A program made the translations under genes and the position numbers. Shown one piece after another: positions 1 through 10,244 of a DNA stretch of 64,000 nt. Position 1 is the first letter of the stretch. Each line of letters starts with the position of its first letter. Below the pieces are notes generated by a model. The model saw only the letters and a list, made by a program, of their open reading frames with translations, ran no database searches and had not been told where the DNA came from. The stretch lies in contig OY970327.1 in assembly GCA_963717365.1 (NCBI GenBank), forward strand, positions 523,599 through 587,598, given 5' to 3'. The stretch comes from Candidatus Saccharimonadia bacterium (GTDB lineage Bacteria; Patescibacteriota; Saccharimonadia; Saccharimonadales; 2-12-FULL-41-12).

Positions 1-46
1 TTCTTATGGCTGCAACTTCAAAAGTAATTTTATGACTAATATCTGG

Positions 47-304
47 TTATATACGGTTTTTGAGCCATAGTTGTTTTACTTTTTGAATAGCTAAGGTTGA
101 GAGCAAAAACCCGACAGAGGGTACAACAGCATGCAGCCATGGTTGTCGTACATCAAGCCAAGTCAGATACAGCCCAATTATCACAAATGTCACCACTGAA
201 ATAAGAAACCGGCGCATAACACTAGTTTCCCAAGCCTTATCGCCATCAACACGTTTATTACGGCTTTCTAGAACAGCTATCCGTTTTTCAAGATTTTTAC
301 TCAT
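47..304 (-). CDS. hypothetical small membrane protein
   Basis: 85-aa ORF with two hydrophobic helices (FLISVVTFVIIGLYLTWL, AVVPSVGFLLSTLAI). A TATAGT box (311-316, minus sense) lies 6 nt upstream of the ATG. Confidence 0.5.
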   Translation of the reverse strand: MSKNLEKRIAVLESRNKRVDGDKAWETSVMRRFLISVVTFVIIGLYLTWLDVRQPWLHAVVPSVGFLLSTLAIQKVKQLWLKNRI

Positions 305-383
305 AAATTCACTATACTCTGATCTGTCAGAATTTACGCACTTATTACAGCATTAGCTTTATATCCGTTGTATACTAACTTAT

Positions 384-827
384 ATGGCAAAAGCAGCACG
401 GGCGATTATTATCGAAGGCAACACCATGCTAGTTATGCACCGGAACAAGCATGGCACGCAGTACTATACGCTGGTGGGTGGACGGATGAATGAGCACGAG
501 ACACCGGAGCAGGCGCTAGTGCGTGAGGTAAAAGAAGAAACTGGCTTGGACGTTACCAAGGCCCAGCTGGTTTTTACTGAAGTACATCCTGAACCGTATA
601 ACGACCAGTTTATATTCTTATGCGAGGTAGCGCCCCATGAGTCAGTTGCGGTATTACAGCCTGCGTCAGAGGAAGCACAGATGAATCACATTGGCATAAA
701 TACCCATAAACCAGCCTGGATATCCATCAAGCATTTTGCAAACTTGCCATTTAGTACCATGCAGCTGCAAAAGGCAATTGTTGAATCATTAAAAAACGGC
801 TTTCCAGATCAGCCAAAAAGTCTTTAG
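384..827 (+). CDS. NUDIX hydrolase
   Basis: Nudix box GGRMNEHETPEQALVREVKEETGL. TATACT (371-376) lies 7 nt upstream of the ATG. Confidence 0.85.
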   Translation: MAKAARAIIIEGNTMLVMHRNKHGTQYYTLVGGRMNEHETPEQALVREVKEETGLDVTKAQLVFTEVHPEPYNDQFIFLCEVAPHESVAVLQPASEEAQMNHIGINTHKPAWISIKHFANLPFSTMQLQKAIVESLKNGFPDQPKSL

Positions 828-850
828 AGCATTATTACCACAACAATAAA

Positions 851-1618
851 CTAGGGCGTGCTAGTTTGAATTAGTGGGTGATGTATCATAACAATCCTTT
901 TTGTTTCATCTGTTAAAGTTTTTCCAGCTGCTTCTGTATGTATACCGAGCACCTCTGCGCCTTTTATATACTTTCGCGCGTAGCTTTTCCGGCTTTCATG
1001 ACTCATCGGGCTTGCAGTTAGAACAACGCTGCCTAGTAAATCTCCGTTAGGCAGCGGTATCAGCGTCACTGCATGCGTCCGTAACTTAGTTTCATCTTCA
1101 TTAATAAACCAGCCGCACTTAATTCCAATTTCATCTTTTTTACAACCCAGATGTTGTGCAAGGGTACTTCGCAAACCAAACGTTTGCTCCTCAGGAACTT
1201 CTTTCATCCACTCTATAATCTGCTTGGCGCAGCTATCTCGGGATATAACCAAGCAGGCGTAGGCCTCTGCCACTGACCGCGCGTTAATGCGTATACCACC
1301 CCACGTATTGCGGCCTTTATCAAAATCCCAGTAGTTTCCTGTAAGTTCATGCATACGCTTAAGAATATTTTTTGGGCCAGCTGTTTCCCATACGATTGTA
1401 GTCGACGTATTTGAAGAGACTACTACCGCTTCTCGGGCTAAGCGTTCCTGGGATAGATAATCGCTCTTATACGGTTCAATGCTTGCGGCTGCCCACATAT
1501 ACAACGGCTTTAACAGGGAAGCGCAGCGTAGAGTCAGGTGGTCGTTATAGTCCGCGAACACTTTTTGGCTGCCAGTTATTTTAAACCAAGTACTATCAAT
1601 TTCGATGGCGGGATTCAT
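851..1618 (-). CDS. hypothetical protein (weak hint of an SxxK serine-hydrolase fold)
   Basis: 255-aa ORF. It has an SLLK motif near the N-terminus followed by SSN. No firm family assignment by eye. Confidence 0.4.
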   Translation of the reverse strand: MNPAIEIDSTWFKITGSQKVFADYNDHLTLRCASLLKPLYMWAAASIEPYKSDYLSQERLAREAVVVSSNTSTTIVWETAGPKNILKRMHELTGNYWDFDKGRNTWGGIRINARSVAEAYACLVISRDSCAKQIIEWMKEVPEEQTFGLRSTLAQHLGCKKDEIGIKCGWFINEDETKLRTHAVTLIPLPNGDLLGSVVLTASPMSHESRKSYARKYIKGAEVLGIHTEAAGKTLTDETKRIVMIHHPLIQTSTP

Positions 1619-1704
1619 ATATGTAACATAGCAGAGTGGGCTAAGTTTAAAAATTGCCTTTTAGCAATTCCGGTGTAATTTCATATAACGGATCTGACGG
1701 GTAA

Positions 1705-2547
1705 CTACGATAAAGGCTTAACGGCGGTATAAATATTATATTTAATGTGTTTGCCGTACCGATAGAATTCGACGGCTGATGTCGCATTAATATAACGTTC
1801 GCGTTTACCAAATAAGGAAATTAGTTGGTAGGGAATAAAAGCGGCGGCATTAAATAAGCGCATCATCGGCGCCACGTTATCCGTAATATCTTCAACAGTA
1901 ATATCCGTGAAACCAGCCTGTTTCATGAGTTTAGCTTGGGTACCGTGAGTAAATTTCTGAAATGCCGGCATTGCGGCGTGCTTATTAATAAATTTGAACA
2001 TTCGAACGGCCCGGCGGGAAAGCTGCGAGTCCAAGTCTCTGGAATATTCAAACATTACCAGTTTACCCCCCGGCTTAAGAATCATATAAAAATTATCGAG
2101 AACTTTTTTTGGACTGCTGGCATGAACAAAAGTCTCCATAGTGTAAACCGCGTCAAAACTAGCAAGCGGAAATTGTAATTCCTCATAGCTCATTAATTGA
2201 AAATCAAGGTACGTTTGTAGTTTTCGTTGTGTTTTCCGATAATTTGCTTCTTCGATGTTGAAATCGAGAATGTCTATACCTGTGACGGAAAGCTTGTGTT
2301 TTTTAGCAAGATACAACGCTACATCGCCAACTCCGCAGCCCGCGTCAAGAACTTTTGCGCCCTCGCGCAGGTTAAGTCGGGCGGCAAGTTGTGCTTCCAT
2401 TTGCCGGAGCGCTTTACTGACTTGCCATCTTGCATCTCCCTTATTGTAGTATCCAAAATGTTTAGTGCCGCCCAGAAATAAGCTATATCCCTTCTTAGAT
2501 TCGGCTGTGTTGTAGTAGGCAATAACAGCATCTTCGTTTTGAGTCAT
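1705..2547 (-). CDS. class I SAM-dependent methyltransferase
   Basis: Motif I VLDAGCGVGD. The ORF is open to 2565, but the ATG at 2547 sits 8 nt after a TATACT box (2556-2561, minus sense). Confidence 0.8.
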   Translation of the reverse strand: MTQNEDAVIAYYNTAESKKGYSLFLGGTKHFGYYNKGDARWQVSKALRQMEAQLAARLNLREGAKVLDAGCGVGDVALYLAKKHKLSVTGIDILDFNIEEANYRKTQRKLQTYLDFQLMSYEELQFPLASFDAVYTMETFVHASSPKKVLDNFYMILKPGGKLVMFEYSRDLDSQLSRRAVRMFKFINKHAAMPAFQKFTHGTQAKLMKQAGFTDITVEDITDNVAPMMRLFNAAAFIPYQLISLFGKRERYINATSAVEFYRYGKHIKYNIYTAVKPLS

Positions 2548-2693
2548 TGCAATAAAGTATATCATCGGAACTATTTTCTCAATTTAAAAAACAAACAGTT
2601 GATTAAAGATGCTAGGTTAAATACCTTTCAGCTCTGTGTGTGAATACTTTATTACAGTGGGTTCGTGTAGTAACCACTAACGGAGGGGATATT

Positions 2694-3380
2694 ATGGAGT
2701 CAATTAAAGCAGAGCAAGAACAGTCACTAAGGCCGCCGAGTGCCTACGAGACGCCAGAGACCGAGCTTGAATCAAATACACGATTTAGCAATACGCTGAG
2801 TAATTTTGGGCGCAACGCCCTATACGCCACAGGGCTGACTGCTGGAATTACAGCGTTGTCATTAGCCATTGCGGATAAGACACCGTCTGGGGATTCAACG
2901 CTATCAGCTGGGGCCGTCCCCGGACATCTAGGAGCTGCTCCGGCCGAAGCCGCTGGCCCCGTAGTGCCCGAAATTACTTTGAAGCAAGTACTCGATGGCG
3001 TTGATAGGGCTGCCAAGACATACTGCAGTATAAAGAAGGAGTTGATTTATGAAGCTGAAAAAGGCGGGGTGGGTGATCATGGAAAGTGCCAAACCTACCT
3101 TGTAAGACAATGTCATACCGGTGGACCCAGAGGTCAAAAAACATATGATCTCCGTAGGAATGAGGGGAAGTGTTGGAGTCGTTTCTTTATAACGTATAGG
3201 AATGGCGAACCTACTGAACGGAACTTATATACCAAATGCACCAGCCCTCGGGTTGGAATTCGTCTCGTAAAACGCTTTAAGCCGAAAGATAAGAACGGAA
3301 ATCGAGCAACATACTGGAGACCCGAGTATGATTTTAACAAATCAGAACCGTGGCGCTGTGATCCGCTTAAGGCAATTTAA
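2694..3380 (+). CDS. hypothetical membrane-anchored protein with a six-cysteine C-terminal domain
   Basis: GGAGGGG Shine-Dalgarno before the ATG at 2694 (the ORF track starts at 2640). One TM helix (ALYATGLTAGITALSLAIA). Basic, Cys-rich C-terminal half. Confidence 0.55.
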   Translation: MESIKAEQEQSLRPPSAYETPETELESNTRFSNTLSNFGRNALYATGLTAGITALSLAIADKTPSGDSTLSAGAVPGHLGAAPAEAAGPVVPEITLKQVLDGVDRAAKTYCSIKKELIYEAEKGGVGDHGKCQTYLVRQCHTGGPRGQKTYDLRRNEGKCWSRFFITYRNGEPTERNLYTKCTSPRVGIRLVKRFKPKDKNGNRATYWRPEYDFNKSEPWRCDPLKAI

Positions 3381-3473
3381 AGTCTTCAAAGCTATTAAAT
3401 ATATAGATTTTTTAAAACGAATATGCTTGCAAAAGGCGGCAGTATCCTGTAAATAAGATACTGTGGTAACCCT

Positions 3474-3917
3474 ATGAGCATACATGAGAAAAAAGAAGAG
3501 CTTAAACCTTCTTGGAGAGACTCCGCAGCATTAATCGGACTTTTCGCGGGTCTTATAGCCATAGCCTTCGCTGGTGCAAGGTCAGCGGACAAAGATCGTT
3601 CGCACATTCCCCGTAACTTTGGTTTAACCGCGCCCGCGGCGATTGCAAGCGATGGCTTTGAGCTAGTGAGCTTGGAAGGGAGAAATTCCGCTATTATTAA
3701 TGTAGAGAAGAAAAATTGTACCGTGCGAGTCGGTACCGATTACAATATGCGGCCGAATGGAATGGTGTTAGACGTCACAAATTACTCGTACCCAGACGTA
3801 GGCGGCGTATCAAGCAATTCCAGCCCTGGCATCATTACAGTTACTTCTGCCCGTGACCTGCATGCAAAACTTGGCAATGATGCCTGCGCGAAAATCCTAA
3901 GCCAAAATAGAGAATAA
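3474..3917 (+). CDS. hypothetical membrane-anchored protein
   Basis: 147-aa ORF with one N-terminal TM helix (AALIGLFAGLIAIAFAGA). Confidence 0.5.
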   Translation: MSIHEKKEELKPSWRDSAALIGLFAGLIAIAFAGARSADKDRSHIPRNFGLTAPAAIASDGFELVSLEGRNSAIINVEKKNCTVRVGTDYNMRPNGMVLDVTNYSYPDVGGVSSNSSPGIITVTSARDLHAKLGNDACAKILSQNRE

Positions 3918-3966
3918 ACGCTTTATTTATGCAGCGGTACACCGTGATATACGAGAAACTGTAGCC

Positions 3967-4239
3967 TTAATCAGATATCTTGAACGCTTCAATTGCGCGA
4001 TTTTGCCTAAACTCTTCTAAGGCTTCAAGCGTTTCAAATTCAGACTCTTCGAAACAGATATTTCCATGTTGAATGCCAGCCATTACGTCGCTCTCCTCTA
4101 CGGGACGAAATTCATCGGGCGATAACGAGTCTTTGGAAAATAGATCGTCATTTGCCGCACGAATTACCAAGCAAACGCCATCTGGCGACATAGCCTGTAG
4201 CGTTACTGGTAAAGAGATTTCTTGCTCATGAGGGCTCAT
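3967..4239 (-). CDS. hypothetical acidic protein
   Basis: The ORF track extends to 4320, which overlaps tRNA-Leu. The internal ATG at 4239 (MSPHEQEISL...) avoids the tRNA. Confidence 0.4.
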   Translation of the reverse strand: MSPHEQEISLPVTLQAMSPDGVCLVIRAANDDLFSKDSLSPDEFRPVEESDVMAGIQHGNICFEESEFETLEALEEFRQNRAIEAFKISD

Positions 4240-4276
4240 AGCATGAAAGTAACATGTATTAATACTTATGTCAATA

Positions 4277-4363
4277 TGGTACCGCGGGCCGGACTTGAAC
4301 CGGCACGTCCCGAAGGACACAAGATTTTGAGTCTGGCGTGTCTACCAATTCCACCACCGCGGC
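4277..4363 (-). tRNA. tRNA-Leu (anticodon CAA), CCA encoded
   Basis: Minus-sense sequence GCCGCGGTGGTGGAATTGGTAGACACGCCAGACTCAAAATCTTGTGTCCTTCGGGACGTGCCGGTTCAAGTCCGGCCCGCGGTACCA. It folds as a cloverleaf with a long variable arm and a CTCAAAA anticodon loop. Confidence 0.9.
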
Positions 4364-4512
4364 ACATCTATGAGCATGGAAAGTCCTAGTCAACTATTTA
4401 AATTTTTGACAATTTATGATATAATATAATTATATCACCTGTCATAGACCGCTCAATTGTACTATAATCAATAGTAGATTACCACTAATAGTAACCGTAA
4501 GGAAAAAGGCAC

Positions 4513-5814
4513 ATGGATTCGGATAAGCAGCAACGTTTAGATGACGAACAACGCCAGCAAGACACAGCGGCCGACCTCATACGCACCAAGTTGCACCGAT
4601 TATACGGAACCGAACCAGATGCCCAGGAAGAAATTACCGAGGTTGCCGCGCTGCCACAGGCAACATTGTCTAAACATCAACAGTATATGAAAAGCCTAAG
4701 CGAGTCTGGTCGCAGTTTGGCCGAAATTCAAACTGCCTGGCACGAATATTACGGGGCTCTGTCAGATACAGGGAAACATGAGGTGTGGCAAGAATTTTAC
4801 AGCGAACATGCCCGAGTCACCCAGAAAGCAAAACATCCGGCCAGCGAAGTTCCTGCTGAGACGGAAGATAATTCTACAGCAAAACAAAAACACACCACAG
4901 AAAGCAGCCCCCTAACAGATAACCCAGAGCCGCTGACTACCATACAACATCCAATAAGCTATAACACTGCTACACTTCGGAAGAAACGGGGCCAAAAGTT
5001 GGTTCCTGCTATAGCTACTCCAGATACCGGTACCGTAAATGACATTCGCAGCCACTTGCTGTCCAAAATTCAAAGCCGAGCAACAATTCGTAAGAATCCA
5101 CATGTACGAGCATTGACCTTCGGGTTAACTATGGGTACATTGACTGTTTTCGTATTACTATTTGGTTTTTTTAACGAGCGTTTTATAACACCGTTTATTC
5201 GTCCCAACACCACGGTTAGTGCTACACCAATCATCGTCGACCCAGATGCTAGCGGTGGCCCGGTAGGTCCAGAAGCAAAGATAATTATTCCCAAAATTAA
5301 CGTGGAGGCGCCTGTAGTATATGATGTTCCATCTATCAGTGAAGCTGATGTACAAAAAGGACTAGAGAATGGTGTCGTCCACTACATTACAACACCAAAT
5401 CCTGGAGAAAAGGGAAATTCAGTTATTTTTGGCCATTCCAGTAGTAACATCCTTAATAAGGGCAAATACAAATTTGCTTTTATCTTGCTTAAAAGCTTAG
5501 AAAAAGAAGATACTTTTATTGTTCAAAAGGATGGCAAGCGCTATGTATATAAAGTCTATAATAAATTTGTAACACCGCCGTCAGACCTGTCCGTACTGGC
5601 CGCAACGGACCGTCCAGCTACCATGACACTTATCACCTGTGATCCTCCCGGCACCTCGACTAACCGGTTAATCATCCAAGCTGAACAGATTTTCCCCGAC
5701 CCATCGGTTAATGCCGAAAGCAGTGTGCAACCTGCAGCCGCTCAAAATACTCAACCAGTCCAGCTGCCAAGTAATTCTACAAGCATGTGGCAACGCATAA
5801 AAAATTGGTTCTAG
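4513..5814 (+). CDS. sortase family transpeptidase with a long N-terminal extension and TM anchor
   Basis: Catalytic TLITCDP motif, the FGHS histidine region, and the TM helix LTFGLTMGTLTVFVLLFGFF. Confidence 0.8.
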   Translation: MDSDKQQRLDDEQRQQDTAADLIRTKLHRLYGTEPDAQEEITEVAALPQATLSKHQQYMKSLSESGRSLAEIQTAWHEYYGALSDTGKHEVWQEFYSEHARVTQKAKHPASEVPAETEDNSTAKQKHTTESSPLTDNPEPLTTIQHPISYNTATLRKKRGQKLVPAIATPDTGTVNDIRSHLLSKIQSRATIRKNPHVRALTFGLTMGTLTVFVLLFGFFNERFITPFIRPNTTVSATPIIVDPDASGGPVGPEAKIIIPKINVEAPVVYDVPSISEADVQKGLENGVVHYITTPNPGEKGNSVIFGHSSSNILNKGKYKFAFILLKSLEKEDTFIVQKDGKRYVYKVYNKFVTPPSDLSVLAATDRPATMTLITCDPPGTSTNRLIIQAEQIFPDPSVNAESSVQPAAAQNTQPVQLPSNSTSMWQRIKNWF

Positions 5815-5826
5815 GCTAAGCAGGGA

Positions 5827-7356
5827 CTAGCGATCGCCGGGTTGACGTAACTGGGTCACGAATAGTCCGGATTTAGCGGCTTGTGCCGACGCGTCAACGT
5901 TATAGACGACTTCATAGTCCTGATTAAATAACAGCGGTGAAGCAACTTGGGCTGTTACTAATTCCTGCTGATTTGAACTATCAAAATCAAAGATGATCAC
6001 TTTGCCACCAGACCGTCCAGAGAGACGGTGGCCATCCATCCAAGTAACCGGACTGGCGGGATCAAAAGCCGCCCCAACATCATAACGGAAGGTCTGATCG
6101 TACTCGGCGTCATAAATTTCAAAATGTTGGGCGCTCTGCGCTGCGATAAAGCGAGTATTCTGAGAGAAGGACACCGCTGTAAGCGGGCTGGTTGCCTTTA
6201 GTATTGCTATGGGGGTTACTAAGCTGCCGTCACGCTTTTGCAGAGTGGCTACGGGGTCTTCGTAAATATATGTTTTTTGTTCTGTTTCCGAACCAACCAC
6301 AACATACCACCGGTTATCGTAGCGGGCAATCTCCAGCATAAGAGGTCCGGTAGCTATTTCTCTAATCGTATAGCTGTCATTGCCTTGCTTCAGCGTTACT
6401 CTCTGGTTAGCGCCGCCATTAGCTGGGGTTGCGTATAGCAACGTATTGTCATCATGAGTCTTATAAGCGGTTACTTCAGCTGCTACTGGCGTAATTGTTT
6501 TGTTTGCTGAAGCGGCCTGCAACACACCGCCTTGTTGCTCATATATATACCATTGATCAAATTTTTTATCACGCAGCGTTATCTTAGTAGGGTTCTGGCC
6601 GAGCAGACGGTTGATATTTATTGAAGTAGCCGGTTGATCCCTCGAAATTACTACAAACTCATAGCTATTGGCAAAACTGTGTTTAACCAATATGTGACGG
6701 TTGTCAGTAGACCATTCAACTGGCTCTATTAAATGTCCGCCTTCAGCAGCCGTAAACAAATCAGCAGGCACGCCAAACTGCCGTAGGCGCGGATCCTTTG
6801 AGGGACCATCTAAACTATTAAGATCATATTCTAAGTAATTGGTAAGGGAACCAGTTTGTCCAACCAATACCCACCGCCGATCAGGACTTTGCGTTACTAC
6901 CGTCGGAGCTACAGCAAAAGCCTGGATTTCCCGCCGTTCCAGCGTTGAAGGCAGTAAAAGCGGATAATTAAATCGCTCCACTTCGCCGCCATTAAGCGTA
7001 AAGCTTCGCTGCCATTGGCGGTAGCCGTCTTTTTCAATTGTTACGTTATAGTCGCCTGACGGAAGTGCAAAACGGTTATTGGTTCGATCTTTTTGTTCCT
7101 GGCCGTTAAATCGCACGGTTGCGCCGTCAGGGGCACTATCAATGAAAACCAGGCCATTTTGAATTACTTCACCGGTCTTGCGGTCTACATCAAAGCCGTA
7201 GGCACTAAATACTAAAATAGCCGATGTGGTCAGAATAACGGCAGCCATCAAGCCGTAGCCGATGAACAAACGAATCTTGTGATGGCGTTTAGCCTTTGGG
7301 TCAAGAAAATCCATAGATCTAGACTCTATCTTATACCATAAATAAGACTTTCGCAT
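5827..7356 (-). CDS. PEGA domain-containing membrane protein
   Basis: TM helix followed by a PEGA-like segment (SAPDGATVRFNGQ...LPSGDYNVTIEKDGYRQW). An alternative start is the ATG at 7314 (MDFLDPK). Confidence 0.55.
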   Translation of the reverse strand: MRKSYLWYKIESRSMDFLDPKAKRHHKIRLFIGYGLMAAVILTTSAILVFSAYGFDVDRKTGEVIQNGLVFIDSAPDGATVRFNGQEQKDRTNNRFALPSGDYNVTIEKDGYRQWQRSFTLNGGEVERFNYPLLLPSTLERREIQAFAVAPTVVTQSPDRRWVLVGQTGSLTNYLEYDLNSLDGPSKDPRLRQFGVPADLFTAAEGGHLIEPVEWSTDNRHILVKHSFANSYEFVVISRDQPATSININRLLGQNPTKITLRDKKFDQWYIYEQQGGVLQAASANKTITPVAAEVTAYKTHDDNTLLYATPANGGANQRVTLKQGNDSYTIREIATGPLMLEIARYDNRWYVVVGSETEQKTYIYEDPVATLQKRDGSLVTPIAILKATSPLTAVSFSQNTRFIAAQSAQHFEIYDAEYDQTFRYDVGAAFDPASPVTWMDGHRLSGRSGGKVIIFDFDSSNQQELVTAQVASPLLFNQDYEVVYNVDASAQAAKSGLFVTQLRQPGDR

Positions 7357-7484
7357 TTTCCAAAACGCTTGCTAGCAAACTTTCATTAAAAGCTTTACGA
7401 TTTTGCGCTTTAGTTTTACACTAATTACTAACCAGGCATAAACGAAAAGCAGCAAACACGTAAAATAGATGTCGCGAGGGTACT

Positions 7485-8585
7485 TTGGCTACAGCAAAAA
7501 CAACAATCGAGCTTAACGGTAAGCTTTATGATGCCCGCACCGGTAAAATTATTGGGGAAGGCAGCAGCATCGCTCCACTAGCTCCAATCAAACATCAGGG
7601 TGGCAATATACTTGATGGCGTGTCTCGACCACAGAAAACAACTCACTCGGCCATTAATCTAACTGCTGTCCCCAAACCAAAACCGTTAGTTTCTCGTGGT
7701 GCGCCCAAGCACTCTACTACCAAGCTACAGAAGTCTAGTACTTTGATGCGGCCGGCTGTTAAAAAACCAAAAGCCATTACCGGGACTGCTACGGTAGTCT
7801 CCCATCAAAACTCTGTTGTTAAAAAAGAAGATCCGGCGCGGCAAGCCCGAGCAGCGAATGTACCACGTAGTGGTCAAATTCAACGCTTCAACCATCAGGA
7901 TGGTCAGCAGCACACCATTATTAAAAAGCAGGCGCCACTTACCGTTGCGGTGCCTACCGGCCATAATCATAATATAGTTGAGAAGGCCGCTCATCTAGCC
8001 GCCCCAGCCGAAGCCCAGGTAGTCCATTCGGTAGAAGTTATAGAAGAAAGCTTGCGCAATGCATCTGCCCACTTGCAAACCTTTGAAAGCCATATAGCCA
8101 GTGCCAGCTTTTGGCAACGTGTCGGTTTTAAAAATAAGATTGCTAACCTTGCAACGTTAAGTTTTGCCGGTTTCTTATTAATTGGATTTTTCGCTTATCA
8201 AAATGCGCCAAATATTGAAATGCGGATCGCTGCTGCCCGTTCCGGTGTATCGGCTAGTCTTCCTGGCTATAGTCCGGCAGGATTTAGCGCCATGCACGGC
8301 ATTGACTCAGATCCGGGTAAAGTCACCGTAACCTTTAAGTCCACCACAAATGACAAACAATTTCGTATTACCCAGCAAGCTAGTAATTGGTCGAGTGATT
8401 CCTTACTAAGTAACCATGTTCTAGCTAGCAATGCTCCTTATCAAACGTATCAAGATGAAGGTAAAACCGTATATATTTATGACAATTCAAACGCTACCTG
8501 GGTTAATGGTGGCGTCTGGTACCAAGTTGACGGCAACGCTAGTCTCACTAGCGATCAACTACTTCGCATCGCCAATAGTCTCTAA
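7485..8585 (+). CDS. membrane protein with a DUF4367-like C-terminal domain
   Basis: TTG start preceded by GAGGG. It has a central TM helix. The C-terminus ...VWYQVDGNASLTSDQLLRIANSL resembles DUF4367 ends. Confidence 0.45.
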   Translation: MATAKTTIELNGKLYDARTGKIIGEGSSIAPLAPIKHQGGNILDGVSRPQKTTHSAINLTAVPKPKPLVSRGAPKHSTTKLQKSSTLMRPAVKKPKAITGTATVVSHQNSVVKKEDPARQARAANVPRSGQIQRFNHQDGQQHTIIKKQAPLTVAVPTGHNHNIVEKAAHLAAPAEAQVVHSVEVIEESLRNASAHLQTFESHIASASFWQRVGFKNKIANLATLSFAGFLLIGFFAYQNAPNIEMRIAAARSGVSASLPGYSPAGFSAMHGIDSDPGKVTVTFKSTTNDKQFRITQQASNWSSDSLLSNHVLASNAPYQTYQDEGKTVYIYDNSNATWVNGGVWYQVDGNASLTSDQLLRIANSL

Positions 8586-8652
8586 GCACTTGTTTACTGA
8601 GCTGAAATAATAACCTTCGGGCAGCACTAGCTTAAAGCTAAACACTACATTG

Positions 8653-8703
8653 AGTACTATATCTGTGTTTCATTACATTTTCATGAAACACAGATATAGT
8701 ACT
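8653..8703 (+). terminator. perfect 21-bp hairpin downstream of 7485..8585 (no U-tract)
   Basis: AGTACTATATCTGTGTTTCAT (8653-8673) is the exact reverse complement of 8683-8703, with a 9-nt loop. Confidence 0.4.
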
Positions 8704-8761
8704 TGTGATAAAGATCATTTGCGCCATGAAAGAGGGGGCATCTCTGTTACAATAGACTCCT

Positions 8762-10186
8762 ATGAACGTTCGCACCCGTTTTGCACCTAGTCCTACCGGA
8801 TATATTCATGTAGGCGGTATTCGGACGGCTATTTTCGCCTGGTTAGTAGCCCGTCAAACAGGTGGCGCTTTTATTTTGAGACTGGAAGACACCGATAAAA
8901 AGCGCGAGGTCGAGGGCGGGGAAGACCATATTATCAAAAGCCTGAAAGCATTGGGTATTAATTACGAAGAAGGGCCGGATATCGGCGGCCCGTATGCGCC
9001 GTATAAACAAAGTGGCCGGCTAGACAGCTATAAGCAGTGGGCACAACAGTTGATAAACAGTGGCCAGGCGTACGCGGACCCATATACGGCAGCTGAAGTC
9101 CACGCCTTCCGTGAACAGGCCCAACAAGAGAAAAAGCCATTTTTATACCGCAACCATCGGCCCGAAAATCCACCAACGTGGGATGGCAGTCAACCACTGC
9201 GTTTTAAAGCCGATCCCAAGTCTTACCAGTGGCATGACGAGGTTATGGGAGATCTTTCTACCGGTCCAGAGGTTATTGATGATTTTGTTCTTATTAAATC
9301 TGATGGGTATCCAACCTATAATTTTGCACATATTATTGACGATTCAGAAATGCATATTACACACGTCATGCGGGGCCAGGAGTTTATAGCAAGCACGCCC
9401 AACTACCTGAACCTCTACGAAGCATTAGGACTTGCTAGGCCAATTCTGGCAACATTACCGCATATTATGGCTGCGGCCGGCAATAAGAAGCTGAGTAAGC
9501 GCGATGGCGCAAAAGATGTGTTGGACTACTTAAAAGATGGTTATTTGCCAGAGGCCTTGTTGAACCAAATTGCCACATTGGGCTGGAATGATGGGACAGA
9601 GCAAGAAATTTTTAGCGTGGCGGAACTGATTGAAAAATTCAGTCTGAGCCGGGTTCAAAAAAGCGGTGCCATGTTTGATGAAAAACGATTGCAGTGGATA
9701 AGTGGCCACCATATCCGCAATCTATCGCTTAAAATACTGTTTGGGAAGGTTGGAAATTTCTGGCCGAAGAGCGCTGAAGAATACGATGATACATATAAAT
9801 TGGAAGTACTACGATTAACCCAGGAACGTCTCAAGTATTTTGCCGAGTTGCCGCTGCTTACTAATTTCTTTTTCGAGGAGTTGCCGGTAAATCCTGAGTT
9901 AATCGCTAGCCATAAACAACTTAAAAAAATTCAGCCGGAAGACATCAAAAACTTATTAATAATTAGTATAGATGTGCTCGATGGTAGTGATTTCAGCCTG
10001 CCAGACCTAACCAGTAAACTAAATCAGTTGCTGGAGCAAACAGATCAGAAACCAGCAGTATTATTTAGTTTGCTCAGAATTGCTACCACCCAAACTCCAG
10101 CCAGCCCTGGTTTGGCCGAAACACTTAACGTGCTAGGTAAGGAACGCAGCTTACAGCGCTTGCACACGCAATATGCAGCACTTTAA
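8762..10186 (+). CDS. gltX: glutamyl-tRNA synthetase
   Basis: N-terminus RFAPSPTGYIHVGGIRTA (HIGH region) and a KLSKR (KMSKS) motif. An extended -10 TGTTACAAT (8745-8753) lies 8 nt before the ATG. Confidence 0.95.
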   Translation: MNVRTRFAPSPTGYIHVGGIRTAIFAWLVARQTGGAFILRLEDTDKKREVEGGEDHIIKSLKALGINYEEGPDIGGPYAPYKQSGRLDSYKQWAQQLINSGQAYADPYTAAEVHAFREQAQQEKKPFLYRNHRPENPPTWDGSQPLRFKADPKSYQWHDEVMGDLSTGPEVIDDFVLIKSDGYPTYNFAHIIDDSEMHITHVMRGQEFIASTPNYLNLYEALGLARPILATLPHIMAAAGNKKLSKRDGAKDVLDYLKDGYLPEALLNQIATLGWNDGTEQEIFSVAELIEKFSLSRVQKSGAMFDEKRLQWISGHHIRNLSLKILFGKVGNFWPKSAEEYDDTYKLEVLRLTQERLKYFAELPLLTNFFFEELPVNPELIASHKQLKKIQPEDIKNLLIISIDVLDGSDFSLPDLTSKLNQLLEQTDQKPAVLFSLLRIATTQTPASPGLAETLNVLGKERSLQRLHTQYAAL

Positions 10187-10244
10187 TTGGTAGTTGCAAC
10201 GTAGCGAGTTGTCAGATAAGCGCGAGCACGTTATATTAATAGTT

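Noticed and set aside
4378-4386. GGAAAGTCC, the universally conserved P4 motif of RNase P RNA.
   Set aside because: It lies in a 150-bp AT-rich promoter region between tRNA-Leu and the sortase gene. That is too short for an RNase P RNA, and the rest of the RNase P core (for example the ACAGAA...GGCUUA strand) is absent.
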